A DNA stretch of 64,000 nt from Eledone cirrhosa (taxonomy: Eukaryota). Location of the stretch: assembly GCA_964016885.1 (NCBI GenBank), contig OZ024752.1, positions 47,182,001-47,246,000 of the forward strand, given 5' to 3'. Of this stretch, positions 1 to 13,474 are shown in pieces. Position 1 is the stretch's first letter. The number at the start of each line of letters is the position of its first letter. Both the position numbers and the translations under genes were made by a program. The notes under the pieces are model-generated. The model was not told the origin of the DNA, ran no database searches, and was given only the letters and a program-made list of their open reading frames with translations.

Positions 1-660
1 AGTGAGAAGGTGAATCTGGTGTAGCATGGCATGTCACCAGTCAATTCAATCCTGCATCATCTTTATGAGGTTTGATTACATGAGGCCAGCTTCTACCACA
101 TCATCCCAAGCTTTCCAAGATCTTCCTTTTTCTATCTTCGAGTGCCCTGCACTTCTTTATGCAGCTGTCAACCTCCATATGCATGATGTCCTTTCCTGCA
201 CACTGCACCTGACTCCTCTTATACCCAGTTTCTCTCTCAGTTAATTGATATTTCGTATTCATGTATACTTCTATTACACATCTATCAGAGAATGCATGCC
301 CCATTTCTTTCCAATCTTCATAGGATCTCTGCACACAAAGCCCAAGTCACAATTCCATGCAGCATTGCCTTTCACACACAAGCATCATAGAATCTGCCTT
401 TCACATTGAGGGGAAAAAAACAAAACAAATCATTCTCACTCTAGCTACTACTGTATTTTCAGAACACCTACCTCCACTACTAATTTGGTCACCCAGATAA
501 TAAAACCTGCCATCTATACCTAGAGAGCCCTTTGAGCATTTGATAGAACTTGTTTCATGTGAGTTCATGTTGCTTATTGCTCCTTGTACATCTGAAACAT
601 ACAAAGTCTATGTTCTTTGCTAGCCTTGGTACATAGACTTGAATTTCTACCTATTTCCTC
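1..660 (-). mobile_element. RTE-clade LINE fragment (degenerate)
   Basis: FYYLGDQISSGGRCSE..VARVR and RT C-terminal remnants with stops. Confidence 0.75.
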
Positions 661-944
661 CTCATCATCACCGTTTTACATCCATTTTCCACACTAGCAT
701 GGGTTAGACAGGTTCATATATCCATTAATCCTAGTTATATGGTATACCAATCCTGGACTTCGAAAATCAATACGTTCAACTCTATTGCCATCATGAATCA
801 ATAACAGAGTAAAGAATTCATAATTATGCTTTTTATATCTAAAGGATTAAATACATAATATAGAAATTCAAATGTATTGCTGTAAAATTATTTCTATGTG
901 TTTAAACTTTCACATTCTATAAGGTTTCAAACAAAAATAATAAC

Positions 945-1331
945 CAAATGAGGCAAGCATGCTCCGTTGGATGTGCAGTGTAAATGTGCGTGAACGACCC
1001 AGCATAAATGTGTTCAGAGAGAAACTGTGTCTGAGAGGGATAGAATGTAGTGTACAGGAGAGGAGACTGAGGTGGTATGGACATGTGATGCGCATGGAGG
1101 ATGACCGATGGGTGAAGAAGTGCCAGGAAATGCCAGTTGAAGGAAGACGTGGTAGAGGTAGACCATGAAAAACATGGGCGGAGGTGGTGAGAACAGACCT
1201 CAGATCATTGAAGCTCACGGTGGAGATGACGAGGGACCGTGACGAGTGGAGAGATGCTGTGCTGAATAAGACCCGTCCCACCCTTGCAAGCAGGGAAAAG
1301 CGGACGTAAAATGATGATGATGATGATGATG
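945..1331 (+). mobile_element. RTE LINE 3' end with (ATG)n tail
   Basis: MLRWMCSVNVRER..RRLRWYGHVMRM..GRRGRGRP, typical of the RTE C-terminus. Confidence 0.85.
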
Positions 1332-1374
1332 AAATAAAAACTCTAAAATGAATTGAAAAAAATTGTAATTTTAC

Positions 1375-1491
1375 CGTTCCTTGGAAGACATCAGAAGTCT
1401 CCAATCCATTGATGATATCCAACAATAAACGACAAGCTGCTATATGTATATCCTTTTTTTCCCAACCACCCTCCATTATGTAGGTGCCAAT
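1375..1491 (-). CDS. DCAF1: DCAF1 coding exon 4 (gene continues beyond the left edge)
   Basis: IGTYIMEGGWEKKDIHIAACRLLLDIINGLETSDVFQGT, matching AACRLLLDIMPGLETAVVFQE; cag| and |gtaaaa. Confidence 0.93.
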
Positions 1492-1747
1492 CTGAAAAAT
1501 ATAGGTAAAATCATTATAGAAACAGTGATAATCCCTGAAGATGTCACAGAAAGGTGTGATGAAAGAACATTGAGAAATTATATATATTTATATTTTTAAC
1601 TGTTAGTCAATCAATGATAAAGATTGATTGCCAAATAAACTATTTATGGAAATATAAAAAAAATATACTGAAGTGAAAACCAAACGGTGAATGTGTTTTA
1701 CTATTTTTGGCAATATTCATTAATATATAAAAATATATATTACTTAC

Positions 1748-1821
1748 TTTACTCATAAAAGCCTCATTAATAAAAAGAGCTTTCATTAAGTGACCTAATG
1801 TACAATTAGGATTGGCAATAC
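1748..1821 (-). CDS. DCAF1: DCAF1 coding exon 3
   Basis: (G)IANPNCTLGHLMKALFINEAFMSK, like GRADPECMLGHLLxILFKNDDFMN; cag| and |gtaagt; phases 1/0. Confidence 0.92.
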
Positions 1822-1918
1822 CTGAGGAGAAAAAATATTAAATATTTTTATAAAACATTTACAGTTTTAAGAATTAAATTTAAAACTCTTTCAAAAATTC
1901 TGAGTTTTTTTAATTGCC

Positions 1919-1949
<31 letters not shown>

Positions 1950-2855
1950 TATAATATATTCCTTTAACCCTTTTATTACCAACCAGGCCAAAACTGGCCC
2001 TGGTTCTATGAAATAAAACCACCATTTTAAAGGTTTCCAATTTAAATTAAAATCTTCCAACATAATTTTATATAAGAACCTTGCATTAAGTTACTATCTT
2101 AGTAATGAAATAATTTTAGTAAATCCCTCAAAATCTTCATTAATTAATTAAAATAGAGTGTATTTTATAAGAAATGTAGTCATGAATGGGTTAATACTTT
2201 CAAGATGACCGGTCTTAATATACTCAATGTTAGCATCAACGACAACAAACCCTAGTATGAAAACTGAAGTAAAAAATTTCAGCTTAACCCTTTAGCATTT
2301 AAACTGGTATTTACATTACTCTATATATACTATTGTATTTTTGTGGTAAAAGCTTTATCTTACATAATTACCTCACATAATATAGAATCTATGAGATTTT
2401 GAGAACAATACCTTAACATAAGTATGAGCAGCCAGTTATGGCCAGTTTGAATAGAAAGAGGTGAGAGAATTCTGGCCGGTTAAACCCTTTAATGTTCAAA
2501 CCGACCAGAATTCTCTACCTTTTTCTGTTGAAACTGGCTGTAACTGGTCACTCAAACTGATGTTAAGGTATTGTTCTCAAAATAAATACTTTCAAAATCT
2601 CATAGATTCGATATTATGCAAGGTAAAGCCTTTACCATGAAAATATAATAGTATATATAGAGTAATGTAAATACTAAAGGGTTAGAACTAATCTTGAGAT
2701 ATAAGAATGGATGTATTATTCCACTGAAGTTTTATTAGATATAGTTATTTATAAATAATGCAGTTATTGTAAAATCAATTATTATATTATTCCAATAGCT
2801 CTTGCAAAACCACTTGAGGTTTGTTTAGTCTGGATACACATGTAGTCAAACCTAC

Positions 2856-2932
2856 CTGGATGTCGATCATCAAAAGGATCTGGATCCATTTTAAAATATG
2901 CCTCAGTTTCCTTTTCAATTAACTCAGCCATC
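2856..2932 (-). CDS. DCAF1: DCAF1 coding exon 2
   Basis: (R)MAELIEKETEAYFKMDPDPFDDRHP(G), with the diagnostic DPDPFDDRHPG motif; tag| acceptor, |gtaggt donor; phases 2/1. Confidence 0.95.
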
Positions 2933-5366
2933 CTACAGGAAATAAACGAAAGATTATCAACAGAAACAAACAATATCAAGGCATATATAACTATTAGTGT
3001 TGTTTATCTTTTTTGTTTCATTGGCACAGGTATAATTTGGGCCTGTCCTAGTACGGTAGCTTAATCCTTTAGCATTTACATTACTCTATCTTTACTATTG
3101 TATTTTCATGGTTAAACACTTTACCTCATATAATTATCTCACATACTATCGAATCTACAAGATTTTGAAAACAATACCTTAACATAAGCATGAGCAACCG
3201 GTTACAGCTGGTTCGAACAGAAAGAGGTGAGACAATTCTGGCTAGATATGACCAGTTTAAATGCTAAAGAGTTAAACTGAATGTAGAGGCACAGAACTTA
3301 GGACACGAGGCGCAAGTACAAAAGTTCAAATTACACCGAGGTCAACTTAATTTTTCATACATTGAGGGTCAATAAAATAGAGTACCAGTCTGATTGCTAG
3401 CCTTATTATTAATAGCTGGTTATTCATCAATATCACCGTTTAACGTCCATTTTCCATGCTACCAATCTTCAGTGTGTACTGGGTGCTTTTTGGTCATGAC
3501 ACCTACATGACCACTTTACTGTGTGGGCTGGGCACTATTTGTCGTGACACCTACACAACGACTTAAGCGTGGACAGGGCGCTTTTTGTTGTGGCACCAAA
3601 ACGACCACTTTATGTGTGTGTATACTCATACATAGAGTAATTGAGAGAATGAGCGATTGTGAATAAATGGTTAAAAAGTTCAATTATCAATCATTAGGAC
3701 CCAGGTTCAACCCCAATGTATGGCATCTTGGGAAAATTTATTTTTCTATAGCTTCAGGTTGACCCATGTCTTGTGAGTGAAATTGGGCAGATAAAATCTG
3801 TTTGGAAGCCAGTCAGATGAACTGTACCTGTAATTCAAAGGGCCAGTCTTAACTGCTCAGCCACCTATGCATTAATTTTACGAGCAGGAAAGACACTGAG
3901 TTAATTTCTGTTTTTTGACATTTCCCTGTGGTCAAGCAATAGCCAGGTCCCAAGGTCGGCAGATTTAAGCAGTCCTGAAATGCTACTATTACAAACAACA
4001 ATAAATTCACCAGCCCCAGCATGGCCTCAGCCAGAAGGCTGGAACAGGTGAAAGAGTATGATACTTTGAAAATAGAAATAGGCTGAATGAAAACTCAAAA
4101 CAAAATTGATTTGTAATAGGATTCCAAAGTACATAATGGTAAATTGATTGCTCATTTCCTAATTATTTTATCTCCATAAATATAAAATATGGGGTGGCTT
4201 CCTTATTACTCTGAATTTCAAATTCTAACAAACGTTACCTAACTCCTCAAAACTCCTTAAATTATAATACAATGTTTCGATTTGAAATGTGGGGGTAAGA
4301 ACGAAAAACGCCAAATAAACTTCCAGACTTTTCGTTCTAGTTCGATAACAATTGCGACACACGCATGCAATAGAATAAATTTAGAACACATTTAATCACA
4401 ACAAATACACTTACTAAATATATACATTTTAGAGGAGGGATGGGTGGGCTTAAAGTGATCGATATCGATTGAACTTTTGAGCCAAAACCTGACATTTATA
4501 TTTAAAAATGAAAATACAATAAAATACAACTTGCTCATACAGGTTTCTGATTCATATATAATTAGTCGTTATGGGTGGGTGGGGGAGTTTTACAACAAAT
4601 ATTTTTCTATGTAAGTCTGTCTGTATGTCTAAGTTAATATTTACATTTAAAAAATAAACAAAAAACTGAATTATCCATGACAAAATCTATTTAAATGTAG
4701 TTATCAGTAAATATTGATTCTCTCTTAAATTTATTTTGTATACACACACCTGAGAATGACGAGAGTCAAGCAAGGTTTCCATGAAAAAGTGTATGTGTGT
4801 GGGGGGGGGGGGGTCGATATGGGAGGGGCTGGTTTTAGGATTGTTGATGATGATGATGATCATGTAGGGGGACAGAATACTTGGCTAAATATTTACAACG
4901 ATGGTAGCTGATAAAATGGCAAGTTGGGGTAAACAATACAAAACCGGAAGTTGCAATACCACTAAAGCTATTTGGATCCCTTTTTATGTGTGATGTAAAG
5001 GAATTTAACAATGATAACCCCTCGTTTCCTTAATTCCTTTCAACTTTTGACAATTATATAACACCAAAATATATTTCAATTACATTTAATCGATAAATTA
5101 GAAACGAAAAAAAAAGAGAAAATAAATTACGTATGTATTTATACTAAAACATATATATATATATATCACTGATGTTGTAGAAAACCTTTTAAAATGAAAA
5201 TTATTAAATATTTAAGATTTCACTTCACTTAACACATTCACATGTGCGCAAGTTAGATAGGAACACGTGATGGACCCAAAAAAAAACAAACATGGTGCTA
5301 TGTCATACATAATAACACGACTTTCGGATATTATTTGAATAAAAATTATAATATATAAATATTTAC

Positions 5367-5467
5367 CTCGTGAGTATAGGAACTGGGTTCATATTGCTCT
5401 CTTTTGAGGTGCGATTCCATTCTTCCAAAATTCCGTTTAACGTAGATAGAGAATCTAGCGTAGCCAT
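5367..5467 (-). CDS. DCAF1: DCAF1/VprBP coding exon 1 (start codon)
   Basis: Translates MATLDSLSTLNGILEEWNRTSKESNMNPVPILTR, resembling the DCAF1 N-terminus (..LLEQWE..VPILTR); donor AG|gtaaat, phase 2. Confidence 0.9.
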
Positions 5468-6872
5468 TTGTTGACAATGCTCAGAAACAGCTGCTTTTTG
5501 TAGCTGTTTCTTATGAAAATATTGGGTCTTCTTGTTTAGTATTATTTAAAAAGTATATAATATTGTTTACATTGGTAGAATGGAAAGTAGGAACATATAA
5601 AATGTTAAGAAGAGAAACAGCTTTTAGTCATTTCGAAAAAGAAATATATATATATATAATGGAAAATGGTAAAAGTGCAGGTGACACTGAGTGAACCAAA
5701 TTCGCAATTAAACACACAAACTGAGTTATAGTTTATAATATATTTGATAGAATCGTTGTAAAAAAAAAACTGCAATTACGTTAAATACAAGTCAAATAGA
5801 ATTCTTAAGCTTTACTATTTAAAAAAATAAGGGAAAGAAAGTAAGGAAGAAAAGTTGGTTTATAGAAATCTTGATAAACGAAAAGCAAGCAATGCCACGC
5901 TTTTCAAAGAAACCAGTTTTTCTTCTAAACAAACAAATAAACAGATGTGGTAAGAGTGAGGTAGGGCTGGTCTAAGTAATGAATTTCAAAAAGTATTGTC
6001 TCTATAGTTCCAAATTTACCGTCTGCAAATGTCTGGAAACAGCAATTATCTTTAAGAAAGCCTTTAAAATGTACATTAAGACAGAACTACCAAATGAATA
6101 TAACACGAATACAAAGCTGCTGCTAGCATTAAGAGTAGTGTAGCTCAACTTCCGGTTCAATCTATTCCGTGCGTATTCTTTTATTCCCAGAATCAAACTA
6201 TAGTAACGTGTTTTTTTTTTAGCAGAGGCCGTTGTTTCGTAAATTTCTCAAATACCTCTAAATATATCAAAATAAAACATTTCCATTAATATTTTTCAGA
6301 AATATCTATGTTAAATTTAAGAGATTCAATTATTTAAATTTTAATCTGAATCAAACTGATTTTGTTACGTTCGATTTTATTTACTTACATTTGCTAAGTT
6401 GGAAAGGAATAGATACAAACGCCAGCATTCTATTATTCGTATATTCTAGAATAAGATTAATGAATAAGCCGCTAGATATTCCGACACATGCTGCTTGATA
6501 TATACATATATATAAATATATGTCTATAAATATATGTATATCAGTGTAGTAATTTTATAGCGATTATAGAGAATAAATTAAAATATTTTACCATAAAATA
6601 CTCCAGTTTCCCCTATATAGTTATATATTTATCGTCATTATGCTATCTGGAGAATAAACAAAGCTGGTTGTTATATATGATGGCCGTTGGAAGTGATGCA
6701 ACAACTACGAAGTTCAGACATTCACCACGTGGTTTTCTTTAGATGTGTCGGCAACATGCTTTATTCGTTTTGTATTATTATTCAAGATTTAGTAGTTTAA
6801 CAGTTTGTAATAATAAAAGATAATAATGTTTATCGTGTCAGCTTTCGTATAAACATACAAACGTGTATTTGC

Positions 6873-6903
<31 letters not shown>

Positions 6904-6909
<6 letters not shown>

Positions 6910-7379
6910 ATTAAATAAATGGAAAACTATATTTATAAAACCATATTTATTTCATTATATATATTTCGGGGATATCATATTAACAATATGCTATGCCTTC
7001 ATCAGACAAAATACAATATAAACAGTTTTATAGATAAATATATTCGACATACCGTAATAAACATCAACTTCATTTGAAGAGGTTTACTCTAGGTTTACAC
7101 CTGCTAGAGTAAACCTCTTCAAATGAAGTTGATGTTTTTAACGGTATGTCGAATATATTTATCTATAAAACTGTTTATATTGTATTTTGTCTGATGAAGG
7201 CATAGCATATTGTTAATATGATATCCCCGAAATATATATAATGAAATAAATATGGTTTTATAAATATAGTTTTCCATTTATTTAATATTGTAAATATACT
7301 CCAAGTATTTGTCGAGTGCTTTTATATCAGTTATAAATATTTACTAGTTGTAACCCAACAATTTTAAATATAACTTTAC
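6904..7379. mobile_element. Fold-back Penelope-like pLTR remnant in (TA)n
   Basis: Inverted arms 6904-7092 and 7104-7292 (189 bp, 2 mismatches seen); unpaired tail shared with 13223-13307; hammerhead in the arms. Confidence 0.7.
7183..7248 (+). ncRNA. Type I hammerhead ribozyme (mirror copy on minus strand, about 6948-7013)
   Basis: Stem I TATTTTGT/ATGAAATA; CTGATGA; stem II with CATATT/AATATG; GAAA; palindromic stem III ATATATAT; UA cleavage site. Confidence 0.7.
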
Positions 7380-7666
7380 ATATATATATATATATATATA
7401 TTATAATAATAATAATAAAAAGGACGATTTGTTATGTCTTCATTTCATTTATTGAGTAGTAACGCGCGTTTCGCTATTGATCAGCTCAATGTTCGATCTG
7501 TATTGATCTAGCCAGACTCTGGAATCAAAAGCGCGTAGAACCTCTGTTGTGGTAATGACAGAATGAACCTCTTGGAACCTAAAAAAAGTATATAACGATT
7601 CACATTCATTTATGGTGGTCAGATAAGGTTTGTTTTGATTGGTGTTTTGCTAGAAGGAATATTTTA

Positions 7667-7699
<33 letters not shown>

Positions 7700-7705
<6 letters not shown>

Positions 7706-8078
7706 AACAAAAGATGGTTAAAAGAGTTCCATGTATTTTATTATGTGCATTTCAAAAACAAATATCATCATGCAATAATATTTGTGTTTTCATCAGATAA
7801 AACAGGAAGACATGATATGAAGGTTAAAAAACACTTGTGAATAGTTCAGTTTTAAATCAACATATGTTGATATCATGTCTCCCTATTTTATCTGACGAAA
7901 ACGCAAATATTATTGCATGATGATATTTGTTTTTGAAATGCGCATAATAAAATACATGGAACTCTTTTAACCATCTTTTGTTCTTATATATTATGTATAC
8001 TCCAGTCCTACAAACTGTAGAGTGCTTCTTATCCGATATCTGCATTGCTTTATTGTACTACAATAAAACTCACCTCCT

Positions 8079-8080
<2 letters not shown>
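7700..8080. mobile_element. Fold-back Penelope-like pLTR remnant
   Basis: Arms about 7700-7818 and 7870-7990; tail 8005-8080 recurs inverted at 13358-13435; flanked by (TA)n. Confidence 0.68.
7884..7954 (+). ncRNA. Type I hammerhead ribozyme (mirror copy on minus strand, about 7734-7804)
   Basis: Stem I TATTTTAT/ATAAAATA; CTGACGA; long stem II CAAATAT/ATATTTG; GAAA; palindromic stem III ATGCGCAT; UA. Confidence 0.75.
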
Positions 8081-8132
<52 letters not shown>

Positions 8133-8560
8133 TACAAAGAAGGTGTGGTAAGATACCAGGTGGACCGATACTTAGGGTAGTAGAGTGGGTAATAGGGAAA
8201 AGATCCAGAACCCCTATGGCTGAGCTCCGGCCGTTTTGACAGCTATATATATACATAGGATATATATACACACATATATATATATATATCAACATACGTT
8301 AACCTTGGTCTTCCTCTTCTAGTGTGTCCATGTAGGGGCTCCCAAAGGAGTACTGAGTGCAATGTCAACTCTGGATGTCGGTGAGCATGTCCAGCTAACC
8401 TCAGTCTCCTCTGTGTCACTTTTGAGGTTAACGTATGTTGATGCCCTAAGGACAGACACTGGTCTGTTGGAGATGCAGGACATGGCAGCGATAATGAGGG
8501 ACAGAGACCGCTGGAGAGAACTCGTCCACGGATCTCGGGAATTTTACCCGCCTTAGATAG

Positions 8561-8591
<31 letters not shown>

Positions 8592-10149
8592 TTGGGATCG
8601 ATGTTCCTTCCTATGTCAAGTGGTCAGGGCCAACATGTAAATTGAAGTTTCCCACTAGGATATATGACTTAGTCTTAACTACATCTAACGCTGCTGTGAC
8701 TTCGGTGCATGAATTTGCACCATCCCTAGAGATCTATTTTTCAGCCTAAGCTTCAAGATGCAAATCTTCCATCCTAATGGGATCCAGTCCATAATACAAC
8801 CAGAGGCTTGAGAGTATCCTCAATCCTGCCTGTGCGCCACACCAAATCTAGAGTATTTCTGGCGCCACACCAAATCTAGGGTACCAGAGTTACAAAACTT
8901 TGTTGAGGAAACCCCGACTATATATCTAGCCAGAAGCATCTAGCCACCTCCACCAGTTCCTGCTCCTTACCTGTAAGGGTTGTGATGTTCCAGGTTCCAA
9001 CGGTTATGGTTTGTTCCCTTCTGAACCCTCTGTTGGAGCTGAACTGTCAACTGATCACCATCTAATTATCTGCAACTTAAAACAACCTAAAGCCAAAGAA
9101 ACCTACAAGACTGCCAGGTCCAGGTCAAACCTACAGGATAAAGTGGGAAGCTTTGGTGGATAAAGAAGCCACGACTAGATATACGAATACTATTGCATCC
9201 AAATACAGAGAACTATCTGAGCATAATGAGGACATCGAAATGGCAAGAAGCCACGACTAGATATACGAATACTATTGCATTCAAATACAGAGAACTATCT
9301 GAGCATAATGAGGACATCGAAATGGCAAGGAGACAGTTTAAATTAGCAGTTTCTGCTTTAGCTGCGGGCAAAAGTAAAAGCAAACAGGGTAGTCATAGCT
9401 GCAATGGCTTTGATTAGATGTCTACATGATCAGAGTTGACATCATCACTAAACAATAACAATCTATGAATGATTCCACACTGCATTCTGTCAGAAATCTA
9501 TCAAGATGCAGTGTGGAATCATTCAAATTGCAGCTGGATAGATACTTAAGCACCATTAGAGATGAACCCCATCTCCCAGGATATACACAACGAGCACAAA
9601 TTGACTCAAACTCGCTCCTACACATGTCAAAATTAAACAGAGAATACAACCTGGCAACCACACCAGACTCTAAGGGTGGAGTCTTCGACTTGGCCTGAGC
9701 ATGGACTCAAACTCAAATGAAATGAAAAATCTACAAAACATTGTACTCTCATATTTCCTGACATTTCAGATTTTAAGTGGTAGGATTAAAAGTGTGGTTT
9801 ATTATATGTAGTTACAACGAGAAACATGTAATGGAATGAAACAGAGAAGGCAGGTCACGGTTCTAGTTGGTTGGGAAATTACTGAAGCGTTTCATTATAT
9901 GAAGTAATTCAATTTTAGTGTATTCAAATCTGAATTAGTGACCTATCAACACTTTTGATACTAAACTGCCCCTGGTTCTACAATACAAAACTGTTTATCT
10001 AAAAACCTTTCACAGAAATGTTTGTTGTATTTTGATATGTTGAAGGGTGATTGAAGTGTATAAGGACCAACAAGGCAACAAACTGTTAATTAGATATTTG
10101 TAGCAGATAAATGTATTCCTTTCGGGATGAATCATCATCATCATTTCAT

Positions 10150-10454
10150 CATTTCATTTTACGTCCACTTTTTCCCTGCTTGCAAGGGTAGGACGGGAAC
10201 TGATTCTGGCTTGATTTCTACATTTACAGTGAGTGCTGGGTGCTTTTTTTTTCCCGTGGCACCTACACGTCCACTTTACAGTGGAATGATAGGGACCCCA
10301 GTCCCTATCATCTCATTTCTACAGCTGAGTAAACTGGAGCAATGTGAAATAAAGTGTCTTGCTCAAGGAAACAACACATCACTTGGTCTGAGAATTGAAC
10401 TCACAACCTTTCGATTGCAAGGCTAATGCTCTAACCACTAAGCCATGTGCCTCC
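10150..10454 (-). mobile_element. tRNA-derived SINE with RTE-type tail
   Basis: A box TGGCTTAGTGG, B box GAGTTCAATTC; same family as 22268 and 22735. Confidence 0.85.
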
Positions 10455-11756
10455 ATTGATAAAAAGAATAATGCCAGAATTGTGATGTTGACAATGTTTA
10501 TTTTACAATAACAATATTCACTTGTTGGTACATTGAGCATCGAGTAATAAACTTGTGGCAGCAATTATCACTACATTATTTGCTGGCTAGCTACTTTGAA
10601 CTAGCGTGTATGCATGTATCAACACAACGATATAATAGACGTGAAATAATGTGAAATAACTAGAAAAACATAAGTAACCCTACTGCATGTGTGTTTATGT
10701 TTGTCTATCCTGTCGTTGGTAAATTTTGCTGAGAGGGTTTTAAATGTGAGAGCCTTGGGCCAGGAGGGAGAAAGAGTAAAAGGTCTGCTGATGCCTACAT
10801 CGTTATCTCTCACGGACTGCTTGCTGCTTCAGCGTCTCTCTGTCTGGTGGTGTAGTCTGTGGCCGAGAAGGTGAGAGCCAATGAGGCCAGGGCCAGGAGA
10901 GAGAGATAGAGTAAAATTGAATTGGCTACATTGTTATTCTCTCAAGGACTGCTGCTTCGTGGTCTGGCTGCTGGATTCCCCAAGTCCTTGTATTTATAAT
11001 GACCTTATAGCTAGAAGGATGTGTATATGGGGTTGATTTATGATCAGCCATCTGTGTTTCCATTGTCTACAAGCTGGAGTCACAGGTCAAGTGGTATGTA
11101 TGTTTATCATACTTGTTTCTTGACAGGACAAACTTCCAACAATAGAGAACTCTTAGATTTGGTTTCAAATCTTCACCGGTAAATTTATTTAGGAGAATTC
11201 CGTTACATATTTATTTTAACCATCAAATACAGTGAGACCATATTAACATATTTTACAGAGTTCACAGAAGTATTTTCTTGCAATGTTTTTAATTGAAATA
11301 TACTGTATAGAGAGTGAAACAAGCTAAAAGGTGTGTGTGTGTAACAAATTTGAGAGAGTAAGGAAATAGAGACATGTTAGGTTCTGTCAGTTTCTGACTT
11401 GCTATGGCCAGCCATGGCTAGCAGTCGTAGGTGACCATTGTGTAGTTGGACAAAACAAAGTGTGAAGAGGCTTGCTGTTGTCTTGATAAAGCTGGAGAAC
11501 CCTCCTCTAATGTAACAACCATGTCAGCATGAATGTCCTTGGGGGCAGGTACTTGATAACACTATGATGCCAAATGTTTTCCATTTTCAAGGGAAGTTGC
11601 TACTAGTTACTTTTGAAGTCTTTGAACAGTCAGATGTCAGTTTACCTGGAAAGAAACAAAGGCAGTTATTAAGAAGAGTTGAAATTAATGCATGCACGAT
11701 TTCACAGCTCCAGCATCACTCCTTCATAGTCAGCCCACCCTTGTATATAATAGTAA

Positions 11757-11953
11757 TATTAATTGTTTCTACTTTTGGCACAAGGCCAACAATTACCCAG
11801 TACATTACTGTTGCTTTATTTTATCAACCCCGTAAGGATGAAAGGCAAAGTTAACCTCAGCGGGATTTGAACTCAGAATGGCAAGGGCCGTAACTCAAGG
11901 GCCGTCAAAGCATGGCGCCCGACCCTCTACCGATACTGCCAATCCACCGCCCT
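11757..11953 (-). mobile_element. Second tRNA-SINE family (other copies about 50668-50856, 56590-57021, 62690-63150, 20450-20570)
   Basis: B box GAGTTCAAATCC followed by the core GCCTTTCATCCTTACGGGGTYGATAAAATAAAG. Confidence 0.8.
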
Positions 11954-12232
11954 ATATAATAGTAATATTAATGAGAGTAAATTTTACTCATTTACTAGGT
12001 GTAACTATATATATATATATATATATAAATACCAATGATGGTTGGAAAATCACTGACGAAGGACTATTTTTATCATATGTAACCCATGTGCAACCACGCA
12101 GTATTCTTCTTTCTTCTCATGTTTTTATATATATATATATAAAAGTCAAACAAGGTTCAATGAATACATCAAAGAATGAGTTTTACAATAGATTGGAAGC
12201 ACTCAACAGTAAAAGGTTTTCCAGAGTTATTA

Positions 12233-12538
12233 ATATTAATTCAAAATATTAACAAAGTAGATATTCTTGTAATCAAGTATATTTTATTATACATATTTCA
12301 GAGGTACTGAGTTAAGTTCAACAGTACGTCCTCATCAGATAAAATTAGATGATGCATGACATACCCTGACATAGTAGATGGTTAAGATTCTACCATTACT
12401 GAATCTTAACCATCTACTATGTCAGGGTATGTCATGCATCATCTTATTTTATCTGATGAGGACGTACTGTTGAACTTAACTCAGTACCTCTGAAATATGT
12501 ATAATAAAATATACTTTGTTAATATTTTGAATTAATAT
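12233..12538. mobile_element. Fold-back Penelope-like pLTR remnant
   Basis: Arms about 12276-12390 and 12401-12516 with an outer extension; hammerhead in the arms. Confidence 0.68.
12445..12511 (+). ncRNA. Type I hammerhead ribozyme (mirror copy on minus strand)
   Basis: Stem I TATTTTAT/ATAAAATA; CTGATGA; stem II GTACTG/CAGTAC; GAAA; stem III ATATGTAT; predicted cleavage after 12503. Confidence 0.78.
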
Positions 12539-12548
12539 ATATATATAT

Positions 12549-12744
12549 ATAGGAAAATGTATGACCCCGACGGCAGAGCTCAAGCCGTTTCGACAGCTAT
12601 TTCTGGACGTCCAAAAATAGCCGTCGAAACGGCTTGAGCTCTGCCGTCGGGGTCATACATTTTCCTATTACCCACTCTACTACCCTAAGTATTGAGTACT
12701 CTGGTGCCTTATGGTCCATCTGGTTCCTTACCACAACTCCTTCG

Positions 12745-12745
<1 letters not shown>
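12549..12745. mobile_element. Palindromic element with a hammerhead 3' half (GAAACGGC..GCCGTC)
   Basis: Near-perfect palindrome 12549-12668 centred on GACGTC; related single copy at about 8140-8245. Confidence 0.55.
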
Positions 12746-12796
<51 letters not shown>

Positions 12797-13307
12797 GATA
12801 TTAATAAATGGCAACTATATTTATAAAACCATATTTATTTCATTATACATATTTCAGGGATACCAAATTAAATTATGGTATGCCTTCATCAGACAAAATA
12901 CAATATATAACAGTTTTACAAATAAGCTTTGACGTACCCTTTTAAAGTGCGACCATTATTTTTGGAAGCCATCTGGATGGCTTCCAAAAATAATGGTCGC
13001 ACTATCATATGGCTTACTATCCAGATGGCTTCCAAAAATAATGGTCGCACTTTAAAAGGGTACGTCAAAGCTTATTTGTAAAACTGTTATATATTGTATT
13101 TTGTCCGATGAAGGCATACCATAATTTAATTTGGTATCCCTGAAATATGTATAATGAAATAAATATGGTTTTATAAATATAGTTTCCATTTATTAATATC
13201 GATATTATTAATATCGTATATCTACTCCAAATATTTGTCGAGTGCTTTATATCAGTTATAAAAATATTTACTTGTTGTATCCCAACAATTTTAAATAGAA
13301 CTTTTGC
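12797..13307. mobile_element. Fold-back pLTR remnant, same family as 6904-7379
   Basis: Arms about 12797-12978 and 13019-13200 with an internal re-fold; same tail. Confidence 0.7.
13097..13161 (+). ncRNA. Hammerhead ribozyme, same family as 7183 (core CCGATGA here; intact CTGATGA in the minus-strand mirror arm)
   Basis: Same stem I and a near-identical stem III; stem II differs in sequence but still pairs (TACCA/TGGTA). Confidence 0.68.
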
Positions 13308-13316
13308 ATATATATT

Positions 13317-13360
<44 letters not shown>

Positions 13361-13432
13361 GGAGGTGAGTTTTATTGTAGTACAATAAAGCAATGCAGAT
13401 ATCGGATAAGAAGCACTCTACAGTTTGTAGGA

Positions 13433-13474
<42 letters not shown>

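Noticed and set aside
4940-6160. ETS (CCGGAAGT), E-box and YY1-like motifs around DCAF1 exon 1
   Set aside because: Short motifs, TSS unknown; not enough to call a promoter
7455-7495. Further hammerhead candidates (GAAACGCGCGTT on minus here; CTGAYGAAGG near 12053 and 13555)
   Set aside because: Only half of the catalytic core is present in each
10615-11130. Possible solo LTR (TG..CA ends, TATA-like motif)
   Set aside because: No TSD, partner LTR or internal domain could be confirmed
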